From an uncultured Solirubrobacterales bacterium (GTDB lineage Bacteria > Actinomycetota > Thermoleophilia > Solirubrobacterales > 70-9): 64,000 nucleotides of DNA. Positions 31,731-39,755 of this stretch are shown here, piece after piece (positions within the stretch are counted from its first letter, which is position 1; every line of letters begins with the position of its first letter). Under the pieces are notes generated by a model. The model was not told the origin of the DNA. It worked only from the letters and a program-made list of their open reading frames with translations, and ran no database searches. Both the position numbers and the translations under genes were made by a program. Location: the NCBI GenBank assembly GCA_963819715.1, contig CAWFXE010000001.1, positions 196,332 to 260,331 of the forward strand, given 5' to 3'.

Positions 31731-31765
31731 TTCTACAGAGATGACCTATGCGTGACCGCGCTCAC
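31731..31765. repeat. right terminal inverted repeat
   Basis: TTCTACAGAGATGACCTATGCGTGACCGCGCTCAC. The outer 14-mer GTGACCGCGCTCAC is identical to the left copy and in the same orientation. Confidence 0.6.
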
Positions 31766-31800
31766 AGACGAATCGCACATACGTTCGTACGCTGTTTTTC

Positions 31801-32166
31801 GTGATGACTCTGTTCAGGGCAATCCCGCTTCACGTGCACGCCGCTCTCGAGGTGGCCGCCGCCCCCATTTTGATGGTGGCGCCCTTCGCGCTCGGCTTCA
31901 CGGCCTTCGCGGGCGCCCTGAGCATCGCTCTCGGGATTTTGCTGCTTGGGCTCGCCGCGTCGGTCTATGGCGACACCGAGCGGGGGAATGTGCCCCTGAG
32001 TGCCCATGCGGGTCTCGACTACACGCTGGCCGCCGCCACCATCGCGGCCGGGGTCGTGGCGGGAATCGCCGGCGATTACGTCGCAACAGTCTTTTTGGTC
32101 GGGTTCGGCTCCGCGCACATGGCGCTGACCGCTTCAACGCGGTTCAGTCGTCCGCTCGGCGCCTGA
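31801..32166 (+). CDS. small integral membrane protein (hypothetical)
   Basis: ORF of 121 aa with four hydrophobic segments, followed by the hairpin at 32223-32251. Confidence 0.55.
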   Translation: MMTLFRAIPLHVHAALEVAAAPILMVAPFALGFTAFAGALSIALGILLLGLAASVYGDTERGNVPLSAHAGLDYTLAAATIAAGVVAGIAGDYVATVFLVGFGSAHMALTASTRFSRPLGA

Positions 32167-32198
32167 GTACCGGCTACCTCCCACAGACAACACACATA

Positions 32199-32252
32199 TC
32201 TCTCCTCCCTGTAGTACCCCTGAAACGGCCCTCTTTCCCGGAGGGCCGTTTC
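32199..32252. repeat. attL: 54-bp direct repeat including a terminator-like hairpin
   Basis: TCTCTCCTCCCTGTAGTACCCCTGAAACGGCCCTCTTTCCCGGAGGGCCGTTTC is identical to 42319-42372. Confidence 0.75.
32223..32251 (+). terminator. hairpin AAACGGCCCTC-tttcccg-GAGGGCCGTTT
   Basis: An 11-bp stem and 7-nt loop downstream of the 31801..32166 gene. The copy at 42343-42371 is followed by CGCTTTTCG and lies downstream of the convergent gene at 42396..42764. Confidence 0.55.
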
Positions 32253-32314
32253 TCTTATGGGTGCAGGTATTTTGTGGCCGTTGTCCAGCTAAAAAGCGGC
32301 GACGACGCGCCTTC

Positions 32315-32348
32315 GTGCGCCAGTCTGTGCGCCAGTGTGTGCGCCAGT
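32315..32348. repeat. three tandem GTGCGCCAGT copies (12-bp period), candidate integrase arm-type sites
   Basis: Copies at 32315, 32327 and 32339, about 63 bp inside attL. The same decamer occurs twice near attR. Confidence 0.5.
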
Positions 32349-32376
32349 CAGCGGCAGCGTAGACTCGCCCGGAGTC

Positions 32377-32937
32377 TTGACGAAGGCACGGGAGATCACC
32401 CGCGTCATCGACGCGCTGCTAGCCGAGCGCCCGGCGATGGTCGCTGCCTATGGCCTGGACAGCTGCATCATCTGCACTCGGATCGCCGTCGAGATCGCTC
32501 GTGGTCAGGGCTTGCGTATTGAGCCGCTCGCCGTCGCCGTCCGGCTGAGCAAGCAGGGATTGCCGGCCGGTAGCCTCGGCTTCACATCGCGGCCTCTGAC
32601 GACCGGGGATTGGGACGGCCATGTTGTCGCGGTGATCGAAGGCCGACACGCGCTCGACCTCACCCTCGATTCAGCGCGAATGGGCGGCTTCGACGTCGTG
32701 CCTGTGACTTTTGAGGTGGCCCCGGAATTCCGGCGCGGTGATGGCGAGGCGACCATCCAGGTCGGAGGCACCGAGGTCCGATATCAGGCGCGTCCGGACG
32801 AGAAGGAATACCTGAGTCTCGAGGACTGGAGTGACGTGGACGAGCGGAACCGTGTCCTGCCCTCATCCGCCGCCGGCTCACGGCCTAGGGAAACCGCGGT
32901 CGGGCCGGTGGACGTCTACTTGAACTTCCCGCAGTAA
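32377..32937 (+). CDS. hypothetical protein (possible Cys-His-Asp fold)
   Basis: ORF 32335..32937. The upstream part overlaps the arm repeats, so the TTG at 32377 is the more likely start. DSCIICTR ... WDGHVVAV ... LDLTLD are candidate catalytic residues. Confidence 0.45.
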   Translation: MTKAREITRVIDALLAERPAMVAAYGLDSCIICTRIAVEIARGQGLRIEPLAVAVRLSKQGLPAGSLGFTSRPLTTGDWDGHVVAVIEGRHALDLTLDSARMGGFDVVPVTFEVAPEFRRGDGEATIQVGGTEVRYQARPDEKEYLSLEDWSDVDERNRVLPSSAAGSRPRETAVGPVDVYLNFPQ

Positions 32938-33151
32938 TCCCCGATCGAGTCCCCGCGAGGTCGAGTTGCGCCTTCAACAGCGCTCGCTTGACGTCTTTCC
33001 CCTCGTGGCGCGGGCTTGAGAGCGTTGCCCCGTGATCTTCCTTCTCGAGAATCTTGTGGCTGCCAGAGGTTCGGCAGTGGACCCAGCCGAAGCGGACCAG
33101 CGCCCGGACATGCCTCTCCCCCGGCGCCAGGGGAAGATCCCGCAAGCCCAC
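32885..33151 (-). CDS. hicA: HicA-family mRNA interferase toxin
   Basis: ORF of 88 aa. ALVRFGWVHCRTSGSHKILEKEDHGATLSSPRHEGKDVKRALLKAQLDLAG matches the HicA pattern. Confidence 0.75.
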   Translation of the reverse strand: MGLRDLPLAPGERHVRALVRFGWVHCRTSGSHKILEKEDHGATLSSPRHEGKDVKRALLKAQLDLAGTRSGITAGSSSRRPPARPRFP

Positions 33152-33553
33152 TTAGCCTAGGCGGGCTGGCGTTCGTGCCGGTCTGGAGGGAACGGGAAGG
33201 CGTGATCCTTCGCCTCCCGCAAGGGAACGGTGATGCTCGTCGCCTGGCCCAAAATCGGGCATCTGTGTCGAGGTTGCCTCCCGCGCGGCTCGATCCATGC
33301 GCGCCCCGATGACGCCAACAATCGCCTCATTCAAATTCTCCAGAGCTTCCTGCTCGGTCTCACCCTGGCTGGCGCAGCCAGGCAGATTCAGGCAGAAAGC
33401 GACGAAGCCGCCATCGACTTCATCCTCTTCGACGAGCACCTCAAGCTGCAGCTGGTCGTCAACTGATGCTGCTCCTCGTCGACCCCCAGTATGCGCGCGC
33501 GGGTATTGCCAACCGCCCGCGAAGGCGTCGATCATCTTTTCCATGGGCGTCAT
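33152..33553 (-). CDS. hicB: HicB-family antitoxin
   Basis: LEVLVEEDEVDGGFVAFCLNLPGCASQGETEQEALENLNEAI is a HicB/UPF0150 signature. The stop abuts the hicA start. The start codon is uncertain. Confidence 0.7.
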   Translation of the reverse strand: MTPMEKMIDAFAGGWQYPRAHTGGRRGAASVDDQLQLEVLVEEDEVDGGFVAFCLNLPGCASQGETEQEALENLNEAIVGVIGARMDRAAREATSTQMPDFGPGDEHHRSLAGGEGSRLPVPSRPARTPARLG

Positions 33554-33700
33554 ATCGGATCCTGGGCTGTTGGGACTTGAGGAGCGCCCGTAGGCCCTTC
33601 GGGACGCGGCCACGCTCTACTGCATCTATTGCGTCTATCAGGCTACCCCGTCCGCAACCTGGGTTTCAAGCAGCGTTCGACTCCGAACGCCCAATCCCGC

Positions 33701-34876
33701 TCATAGCGCCAAATCCGCTGCAGGTTCACGCCCCTGCGCACCCAGGTAGGCGTCCATCCGCTCCCGCACCTCGTCATGGCTCCCGGGCATCAGGTGCCCG
33801 TAGGTGTCGAACGTCGTCTGGATCTTCGAGTGCCCCATGTAGGTCTGGATCGCCTTCGGATTGGCGCCCGAGTCGATCATCAGCGAGGCGAACGTGTGCC
33901 GGCACTCGTGGAGCGTGATCGGCTCGAGCTCGCTCGCCTCCCAGCACTCCTGCGCGCGGTTGTCGATCGTCGAAGGCACGAACGGGTCGGATCCGGTGCG
34001 GCCGAACACGAGCGCCTCGCCGGAGCGCCCGGTGGTGATCATGTACTCGTCGAGGTGATCGCGCAGGGTCGCCAGGAGCGGCACCGTCCGCCGACTCGAC
34101 TCCGACTTCGGGTCGATCGCGCCTTCCTCCTGGTCCCAGGATCGCTCGACGTGGATCCGCGACGAGGCCAGGTCGACGTCGACGCAGCGCAGCGCCATCA
34201 GCTCGCCGCGGCGCAGTCCGGCATAGAACGCCACCGCCCATAGAGCGCGGTCGCTGTCGGGCAGAACCGCGAGGAGCGCGGCTGCCTCCTCGGCCGAGGC
34301 GATCCGCTTCGGCCGGACGTTCCCCGGCACCGGCAGATCGATCCGCTCGGCCGGGTTGTTGGCGAGCTCGTCGCGGTCGATCGCGCGTCGGTAGAACGCC
34401 TGGACAGGGTTGAGGATGTTGCTCGCGCTGCCCGCGGCGAGCCCCTGCGCGAGCAGCTCGTCCGCCAGCTGCTGGACGTCGGCCCGCTGCACATCGCCGA
34501 CACGGATCGCGCCGAGTCGCGAGGGCTCGATGTAGTTGCGCACCGCCCGCTCGTAGGAGCGGATCGTGTTCGGCTTGTAGCGAGCTCGGTTCTTGGGTCT
34601 GACCGTGCCCGCCTCCATCCCCGCCACGAATTCGGCTAGGGCTTCGGCCAAGGTTCGCGCGTCCCGGCGGATCGGCCGCAGCGCGCCGCGGTTCGCAGCC
34701 GCCAGCGCATCGGCACGCCAGGACTTCGCCTCGGCCTCGCGAGCAAACGTCTTGCGGACCTTCTTGCCGGATCGCGGCAGGTAGACCCAGGCCTCGTATC
34801 CGGCGTTGCAGCTGCAGCGCCGACCCGATCGGGCGCCGCAGCCTCGTGAATGCCGTTTCGTGATCCCAGTGGCCAT
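33701..34876 (-). CDS. int: tyrosine-type integrase
   Basis: ORF of 391 aa with AFYAGLRRGELMAL, HECRHTFASLMI and MGHSKIQTTFDTYGHL. Confidence 0.9.
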   Translation of the reverse strand: MATGITKRHSRGCGARSGRRCSCNAGYEAWVYLPRSGKKVRKTFAREAEAKSWRADALAAANRGALRPIRRDARTLAEALAEFVAGMEAGTVRPKNRARYKPNTIRSYERAVRNYIEPSRLGAIRVGDVQRADVQQLADELLAQGLAAGSASNILNPVQAFYRRAIDRDELANNPAERIDLPVPGNVRPKRIASAEEAAALLAVLPDSDRALWAVAFYAGLRRGELMALRCVDVDLASSRIHVERSWDQEEGAIDPKSESSRRTVPLLATLRDHLDEYMITTGRSGEALVFGRTGSDPFVPSTIDNRAQECWEASELEPITLHECRHTFASLMIDSGANPKAIQTYMGHSKIQTTFDTYGHLMPGSHDEVRERMDAYLGAQGREPAADLAL

Positions 34877-35378
34877 CAGCTCGCCTCCGCGTAGGACAGC
34901 CCCTCGACGGCCAAAGCAGCGTCCAGCTGCGCCATCGCCACCGGCTCGCCGCCGGCTGTCGCTGGGAGTGGAACCTTGCGGCGGTGCTCATCGCCCACTC
35001 AAGGGCATCGAGCAGTGGCCGTGAGCTGTCCACCTGTTGGTCATCGAGCGGGCTCACGTCGAGCTCGGAGGACAACCGACTGTTAGCGATTCGTGCCATC
35101 GCTTCTGCGACGTGCGCCAGGACGTCGTCGTCTGCTTGGACCTCAGCGCGTGTTGGCGAGCTCGCGTTGAGCTCGTCCATTAGGTCGATCGCGGCGGACA
35201 AGTAGCGCGCCGGGCCGTGAAGATCCGCGGTCATGGGATCGTCGCGGGCAAGCAGGCGCCGACTCATCTCTTCGGCCTGCTGCTGCGCCCACTTTGCGTT
35301 GCTGTCGATCTCCGCGGCTACAGACAGCCGGAACAGCTCGACGTGCTCGGCGGGAATGCTCAGGGTTCTCTCAGCCAT
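34876..35378 (-). CDS. hypothetical protein upstream of int, reading frame apparently disrupted
   Basis: MAERTLSIPAEHVELF...DALEWAMSTAAR looks coding, then becomes R/W-rich. A second frame gives ...EPVAMAQLDAALAVEGLSYAEAS and stops at TGA, overlapping the int ATG (TGATG). This implies a frameshift near 34950. Confidence 0.4.
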
Positions 35379-35546
35379 GCGTGCCCTCTCCTCTTCCGGA
35401 GGGGACGCGAGCGGCGGATACGCTCCCGGGGCGCCGGGCTATCTATCCCGGTGCCACGGGGGCGGCGACACCACTCGCGCGCCCCATTTCTGTTGGGGCG
35501 ACCCTACCCGCCACGGTGGCCAGACGCAAGGGTCGCTCACAAGCCC

Positions 35547-35564
35547 TCGCAACGCTTCGCAACG
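35547..35564. promoter_or_regulatory. TCGCAACG-CT-TCGCAACG motif upstream of cargo gene 1
   Basis: An 18-mer repeated with one mismatch at 36338-36355, upstream of the next cargo gene. The two half sites are 10 bp apart. Confidence 0.35.
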
Positions 35565-35706
35565 GTTCCTTGGCTTGAGCCCTACTCGGCACACGCGCTA
35601 GGTCCGATCGCCCGCCCCTGGCCGTCTGAGGCCGCCTCGGCCGGCAGGAATCCGGGGAGGCCCCCTGGTGATCCGGGGGGCTTGTCCGTCGCGCTAGGCT
35701 CGCACC

Positions 35707-36318
35707 GTGCGCCGCCCGATTTCTCTCGCGATCCTCGCGGCCCTCGTACTCGTTGCCCTTGCCGTCGGCTTCTCGAGCGCCAACCGACCGACGGCCGCGA
35801 AGGGAGCGTCTACCTGCGGCGTCGAGCGCTGGGCAGTCAAGACCCTCTCTGATCCGCGCGAGAAGCTGGTCAGATTCAAGCCCCATGACACCTCGGTCGG
35901 CCGACTCGGTAAGAAGCCCGCCCCGCACGTCGGCTCTAGCACCCCGCGGATCAAGGGAGTGGAGACGACGACCTATCGAGTGCAGGCGCGCCTGGTCGAG
36001 ATGAAGCTCGAGGACGACCGCGACGTCCATCTCGTGATCGCCGTCCCGAGCGCACCCTCCAAGACGATGATCGTGGAGTTCCCCGACACGACCTGTCCGG
36101 GCGCTTCCAGCTCGCCGAAGAAGGCGAGAATGGCGAGCGCGAGGGCCTCGCTGATCGCGGCCTGTGGTCAGCCGTCGTCCAGCCACTTCACCGACCTCAG
36201 CGGCACGGCGACGGTGACCGGCGTCGGCTTCTTCGACGTCCCGCACGGGCAAACCGGGGTGGCACCGAACGCCATCGAACTCCATCCCGTGCTTAAGGTC
36301 GCTCGTCTGACCTGTTGA
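35707..36318 (+). CDS. secreted hypothetical protein (signal peptide)
   Basis: ORF of 203 aa. The N-terminus MRRPISLAILAALVLVALAVGFSSA looks like a signal peptide. Conserved-looking blocks: GVERWAVKT, DVHLVI, FFDVPHGQTGVAPNAIELHPV. Confidence 0.6.
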   Translation: MRRPISLAILAALVLVALAVGFSSANRPTAAKGASTCGVERWAVKTLSDPREKLVRFKPHDTSVGRLGKKPAPHVGSSTPRIKGVETTTYRVQARLVEMKLEDDRDVHLVIAVPSAPSKTMIVEFPDTTCPGASSSPKKARMASARASLIAACGQPSSSHFTDLSGTATVTGVGFFDVPHGQTGVAPNAIELHPVLKVARLTC

Positions 36319-36337
36319 GCCGGTAGCTGAGCGTCCA

Positions 36338-36355
36338 TCGCAACGCTTCGCAGCG
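36338..36355. promoter_or_regulatory. second copy of the TCGCAACGCTTCGCA(A/G)CG motif
   Basis: About 45 bp upstream of the start at 36400. Confidence 0.35.
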
Positions 36356-36399
36356 CTCTTGCGGACCCACTTAGCCCGGGCGCCCAGCACCATTGTTCG

Positions 36400-36651
36400 A
36401 TGCGGTACGTTCGCCGTGTGACGCGCTTTGTATTCGAATACGAGGATGAGTCCGGGGACTGGCAGGTTCTCGGCACGGCACAGGGGTCGGGCGACGAGAC
36501 GCACCTCGCCGACGCTCTGAAAGACCTCCAGGAGAATGAGCGCGAGGAATTGCGAGCGGGCCGCTACCGCTACCGGCCCGATGACGATTCGACGGAGCGC
36601 TCGACTGTCTTCACCCTGGATGCGAGCGGGCACGTGCACCTGTTGCCCTAG
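36400..36651 (+). CDS. hypothetical protein (83 aa, acidic)
   Basis: ORF with coding-like composition. No family recognised. Confidence 0.5.
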   Translation: MRYVRRVTRFVFEYEDESGDWQVLGTAQGSGDETHLADALKDLQENEREELRAGRYRYRPDDDSTERSTVFTLDASGHVHLLP

Positions 36652-36747
36652 GGAACCTTCAAAGTCGCCAACCCGCGCGGCATCACGCCATCTGGGCCTA
36701 TTGCCTGCCCTTGACCCGACCCATGTGGGCACGGGAGACTGGCCCAC

Positions 36748-37473
36748 GTGTTCGAAACTGCAACTTGGAGAACCGAGAACCGGCGGCACTTCGCTGTTGT
36801 GGAGCGTCTCTATCAGGAGGTTGGCCTGACGGTCAAGATCGAGGATTGGAACCTCGGCGATCACAGCGAGTTCGCTGCACTTCTCGCGCACCAGGTCGGC
36901 GCACAGCTCTTGAGCAGTTCGATCGCATTCGGCACGTCGCAACACGGGAAGGTTTCGAACCGTCGCAAGAACAAGGCCTGGGCCCCGGTCGAGCCGGAAG
37001 CCGGCGCACGAGCGGCCATCTTCCTCACTCTTGCGATGGCCGCGATGCTCTCTTCGGAGCTTGTTGAGGGCCTGGCCCCGCAGCCTGTCGAGCATGCGCG
37101 CCTTCTCGTGCAGAACGCATACTCGCCGCCCGACGAAGATCTGGAAGCGATCGAAGCCGTTAATACCCGAGTCCTCAACCGGCGTTCCTCGAAGGAAACC
37201 CAGGAGGCCACAGAACGCGGGGGCTTCGCGGCGAACATGATCGTGGAGGACGGCCGGGCGGCTCTTTGCTTTCAAGCACTTGAACTTGCCGGAGCCGATC
37301 CAGCGAACATGCCGGCCTTCGAGTTCGTGGCCGACGTCGATCAGTCGCAGTGGTATGACGTCCAGAACTACGAGTGGTTCGAAGCGGTTTCGATGGTCTT
37401 CCCCCCGTACTGGAACGCGGCGGAAGACAGATTCCTCGAAATCGCGTTCGCTCCCTTCGTCGAAGCGGAATGA
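36748..37473 (+). CDS. hypothetical protein (241 aa)
   Basis: ORF with coding-like composition. No family recognised. Confidence 0.55.
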   Translation: MFETATWRTENRRHFAVVERLYQEVGLTVKIEDWNLGDHSEFAALLAHQVGAQLLSSSIAFGTSQHGKVSNRRKNKAWAPVEPEAGARAAIFLTLAMAAMLSSELVEGLAPQPVEHARLLVQNAYSPPDEDLEAIEAVNTRVLNRRSSKETQEATERGGFAANMIVEDGRAALCFQALELAGADPANMPAFEFVADVDQSQWYDVQNYEWFEAVSMVFPPYWNAAEDRFLEIAFAPFVEAE

Positions 37474-37502
37474 CAACCGACTTCTGCGTCGGAGTCTGAG
37501 TC

Positions 37503-38607
37503 TCACTGGGCGGCCGGATAACCGTCTGCGTCGGGATGCAGGGCCGCCAGCTCCCCGTAGCTGAAGCCGTAGGCACTTGCCATGGACGCTCGCACGCAGT
37601 CGTTGCCCTTTCGCTTGAACTCACGACGGACGAGGCCGCCCGGTAGCCGCTCGACGCTGATCGGCTCCCGGGTCGCGCGGCCTCCTTCTCGATCACTTCG
37701 AGCAGCGCGGCGGTCAGATGCTCGAAGTCGCGCTGCACCTGATTCCTACCCGGGCCGGTTCTCGCCGCCAGCTCGGCACGCGCACGCTCCATTCGGGCCC
37801 CCTGCTTCTCTGCGTCCCGGGACAGATCCGGATTCGTGAGGCAGAAATGCTGCGGGGCGCCCCCGAAGCTCGCCATTGCGTCGCGGACCATTCGCCGCTT
37901 GCGCTGGCGCAGATGGATCGTCTGCATGCCCTCGATTAGCCGCAGCTGCTCCTCGGCGTCCGCGCCGGCGGCGGTCTCTTCGGCAGAGACCCACTCGTCC
38001 CAGTGGTCGACCATCGCGTCGGCCTGGGCGTAGAGGGCATCGTTCGCGAGCCGCTTCGTGGCCTCCACCTTGCGGCCCGCCTTGCCGACGTCCGCTCGCC
38101 TAACGGGCTCGGTCGCCTTGGGGATGTCGTCACCCTTCTCGAGCGCAGCCGCCGCGGCTGCCCGATCAGCGGCGGGTGCTGCCTCGTGGGCCCGGCGGGC
38201 ATCGTCGAGCTCGGCCTTCGCGGCGTAGAGGGCGGCAACGGCGGTCCTGGCCTTCGCCGCTGCCTTCTGGATCGGATCCGGCGCCTCCGTGCCTTCGGGC
38301 ACGACGTAGTGCAGATCGGGGTCGCCCCAGATCCGGCGCTTGGCTTCCTTGGTCGGTCGTGTCGCAGTCGCGGTGCTCATGCGTTTCTCCTCGTTGGAGT
38401 GGTCTTCGGGGGTCATGTCTTCGAGTGCCGGCTGGCGGTCGTCATCCGCCTCCAGGCCCGCGTCCTCGAGGGCCTGGCGTCGCGCGTCCCGGTACTCCGT
38501 CGTCTCGAACTTCGGATCGGGCTCGCCGGTGCCGCAGGGCGGTGTTGCGCTTCACCATCTCGTCGACGCGTGAGCTCGTCGGGGTTCTTGAATCGGCGGA
38601 CGCTCAT
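37503..38607 (-). pseudogene. hypothetical element protein, at least 3 frame changes
   Basis: Manual translation changes frame three times. It reads MSVRRFKNPDELTR, then RVDEMVKRNTALR, then GEPDPKFETTEYRDARRQALEDAG...MSTATATRP...EVIEKEAA (ORF 37175..38416), then REPISVERLPGGLVRREFKRKGNDCVRASMASAYGFSYGELAALHPDADGYPAAQ, with a stop at 37503. Confidence 0.45.
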
Positions 38608-38788
38608 CGCGACCACCCCCAGGCGGCGGGCTCAAGGTCGGTCTTGTGCCGCGTCGCGATCTTGGCCGCGCTGGCCTTGATCTCGGCGTCGATCTCCGGG
38701 AAGTCCCGGCGCACCGCGCGATCGCGCGCGATGATCGGCATCGATTTGTACGGCTCACGCTTGTAGGGGATTGTCTGTCGCCGGTCAT
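38604..38788 (-). pseudogene. small hypothetical protein with early frameshift
   Basis: The ATG at 38788 is preceded by AAGGAG. A natural-looking peptide TIPYKREPYKSMPIIARDRAVRRDFPEIDAEIKASAAKIATRHKTDLEPAAWGWSR lies in the adjacent frame. Confidence 0.35.
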
Positions 38789-39087
38789 CGGCGAGCTCCT
38801 TTCACTCGTTGTCTAAGTCGTTCGCACCGGTCCAGGTGACGATCGGCGACGTCGGCGGCGCCGAGCTTCGCGATGTGCTTCTCGAGCGCGGCAAGCTTTG
38901 CGCCGGCGGACTTCTTACTCGCACTCAGCTGCGCTGCCTTCTCTCGAATGGAGTCGGAGATGACTGCGGCCGGCGTATCGGGCTCGCAGGCCATCAGCAA
39001 GCGCGAGAGGTCGCGAAAGCGCTGCTCCGGATTCTCACCGGAGTCCGGCGGTTCGCTCTCGCGGAGATCGCGCCTAAGCCGCGCCAT
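38785..39087 (-). CDS. hypothetical protein
   Basis: Internal start MARLRRDLRESEPPDSGENPEQRF... within ORF 38785..39261. Confidence 0.4.
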   Translation of the reverse strand: MARLRRDLRESEPPDSGENPEQRFRDLSRLLMACEPDTPAAVISDSIREKAAQLSASKKSAGAKLAALEKHIAKLGAADVADRHLDRCERLRQRVKGARR

Positions 39088-39521
39088 ACGTTCCCCCCTT
39101 CGGGTGAGCCGCCGCTTGGCTCGGGATCTCCGGGAGCCGGCGTTCCATGGCGGGCGTGGGCGGCCTTCCGGGCCCGCCTGGTCGCCGACGTCTCGGGCGC
39201 GAGCTCGTCGTCTTCGGGGAACCCAAGCTCGCCGAGCAGGCTGCGCAGCGCGAGTCGACACGCGCGGAGCTCCGGGACCGCTTTATTGACGACGGCTGTC
39301 CCTTCGATCCCTCGACCATGACGCCATCGCGCCGAACGGCCGTCTCGAGCTGGGAGATCATGTCCTGCTGACGGCATGCTGTCGTCAGCAGGACCAGCTC
39401 GCGCGCATCGAACTCCGCAGCCGGATGGAGGTCCTCGAGCAGGCGCCTCCAGAGGGCCCTGCCGGCATTGCCGAGCCCCTTCGGTGCGGCCGGCCTCTTC
39501 GGTGCCGGCTCGCTCAGGCAT
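39074..39521 (-). pseudogene. phage small terminase subunit, P27 family, frameshifted
   Basis: Pieces lie in different frames. They read MPERAGTEEAGRT, then GLGNAGRALWRRLLEDLHPAAEFDARELVLLTTACRQQDMISQLETAVRRDGVMVEGSKGQP, then VVNKAVPELRACRLALRSLLGELGFPEDD. This pattern is typical of P27-type TerS. Confidence 0.55.
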
Positions 39522-39755
39522 CCCTGCCCCCCTGAAAAACCATCGTTTGAGCACTGCGCGGACCGGGGCAGTCCCAGCCCTCATTCGGTCCCGCGCGTGC
39601 GAGGCGGTAGTTCCCCCCCTGGTACCCCCGGGGGGTCCTGGCAAGACGGAGCGCTGGCGACGGGCGCGAAGACCCGCCGCCAGCGCAGCGGCGCCGCCGT
39701 GAGCACCGTCCCCGCCGGGGCCAAGGAATCGCCGGCGAAGTTGATCGACAAGTCA

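Larger units (their letters stand above)
28863..31765. mobile_element. 2.9-kb element bounded by 35-bp inverted repeats; IS1595-family transposase plus passenger genes
   Basis: Terminal inverted repeats match at 32 of 35 positions. The element is inserted between tlyA and a membrane-protein gene and appears lower in GC. I found no target-site duplication. Confidence 0.45.

Noticed and set aside
28855-31773. Target-site duplication flanking the IR-bounded element
   Set aside because: The 8 nt outside the repeats (TCCTGGGT on the left, AGACGAAT on the right) do not match.
35443-37506. Very long ORFs, such as 35443..37506 (-, 687 aa), 17431..19542 (+, 703 aa), 49340..51595 (+, 751 aa), 23219..25315 (+, 698 aa) and 5013..6395 (-, 460 aa)
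   Set aside because: Their translations are rich in Arg, Pro, Gly and Ala with no recognisable motifs. They lie antisense to or out of frame with clearly identifiable genes. These are typical stop-poor shadow ORFs of high-GC DNA.
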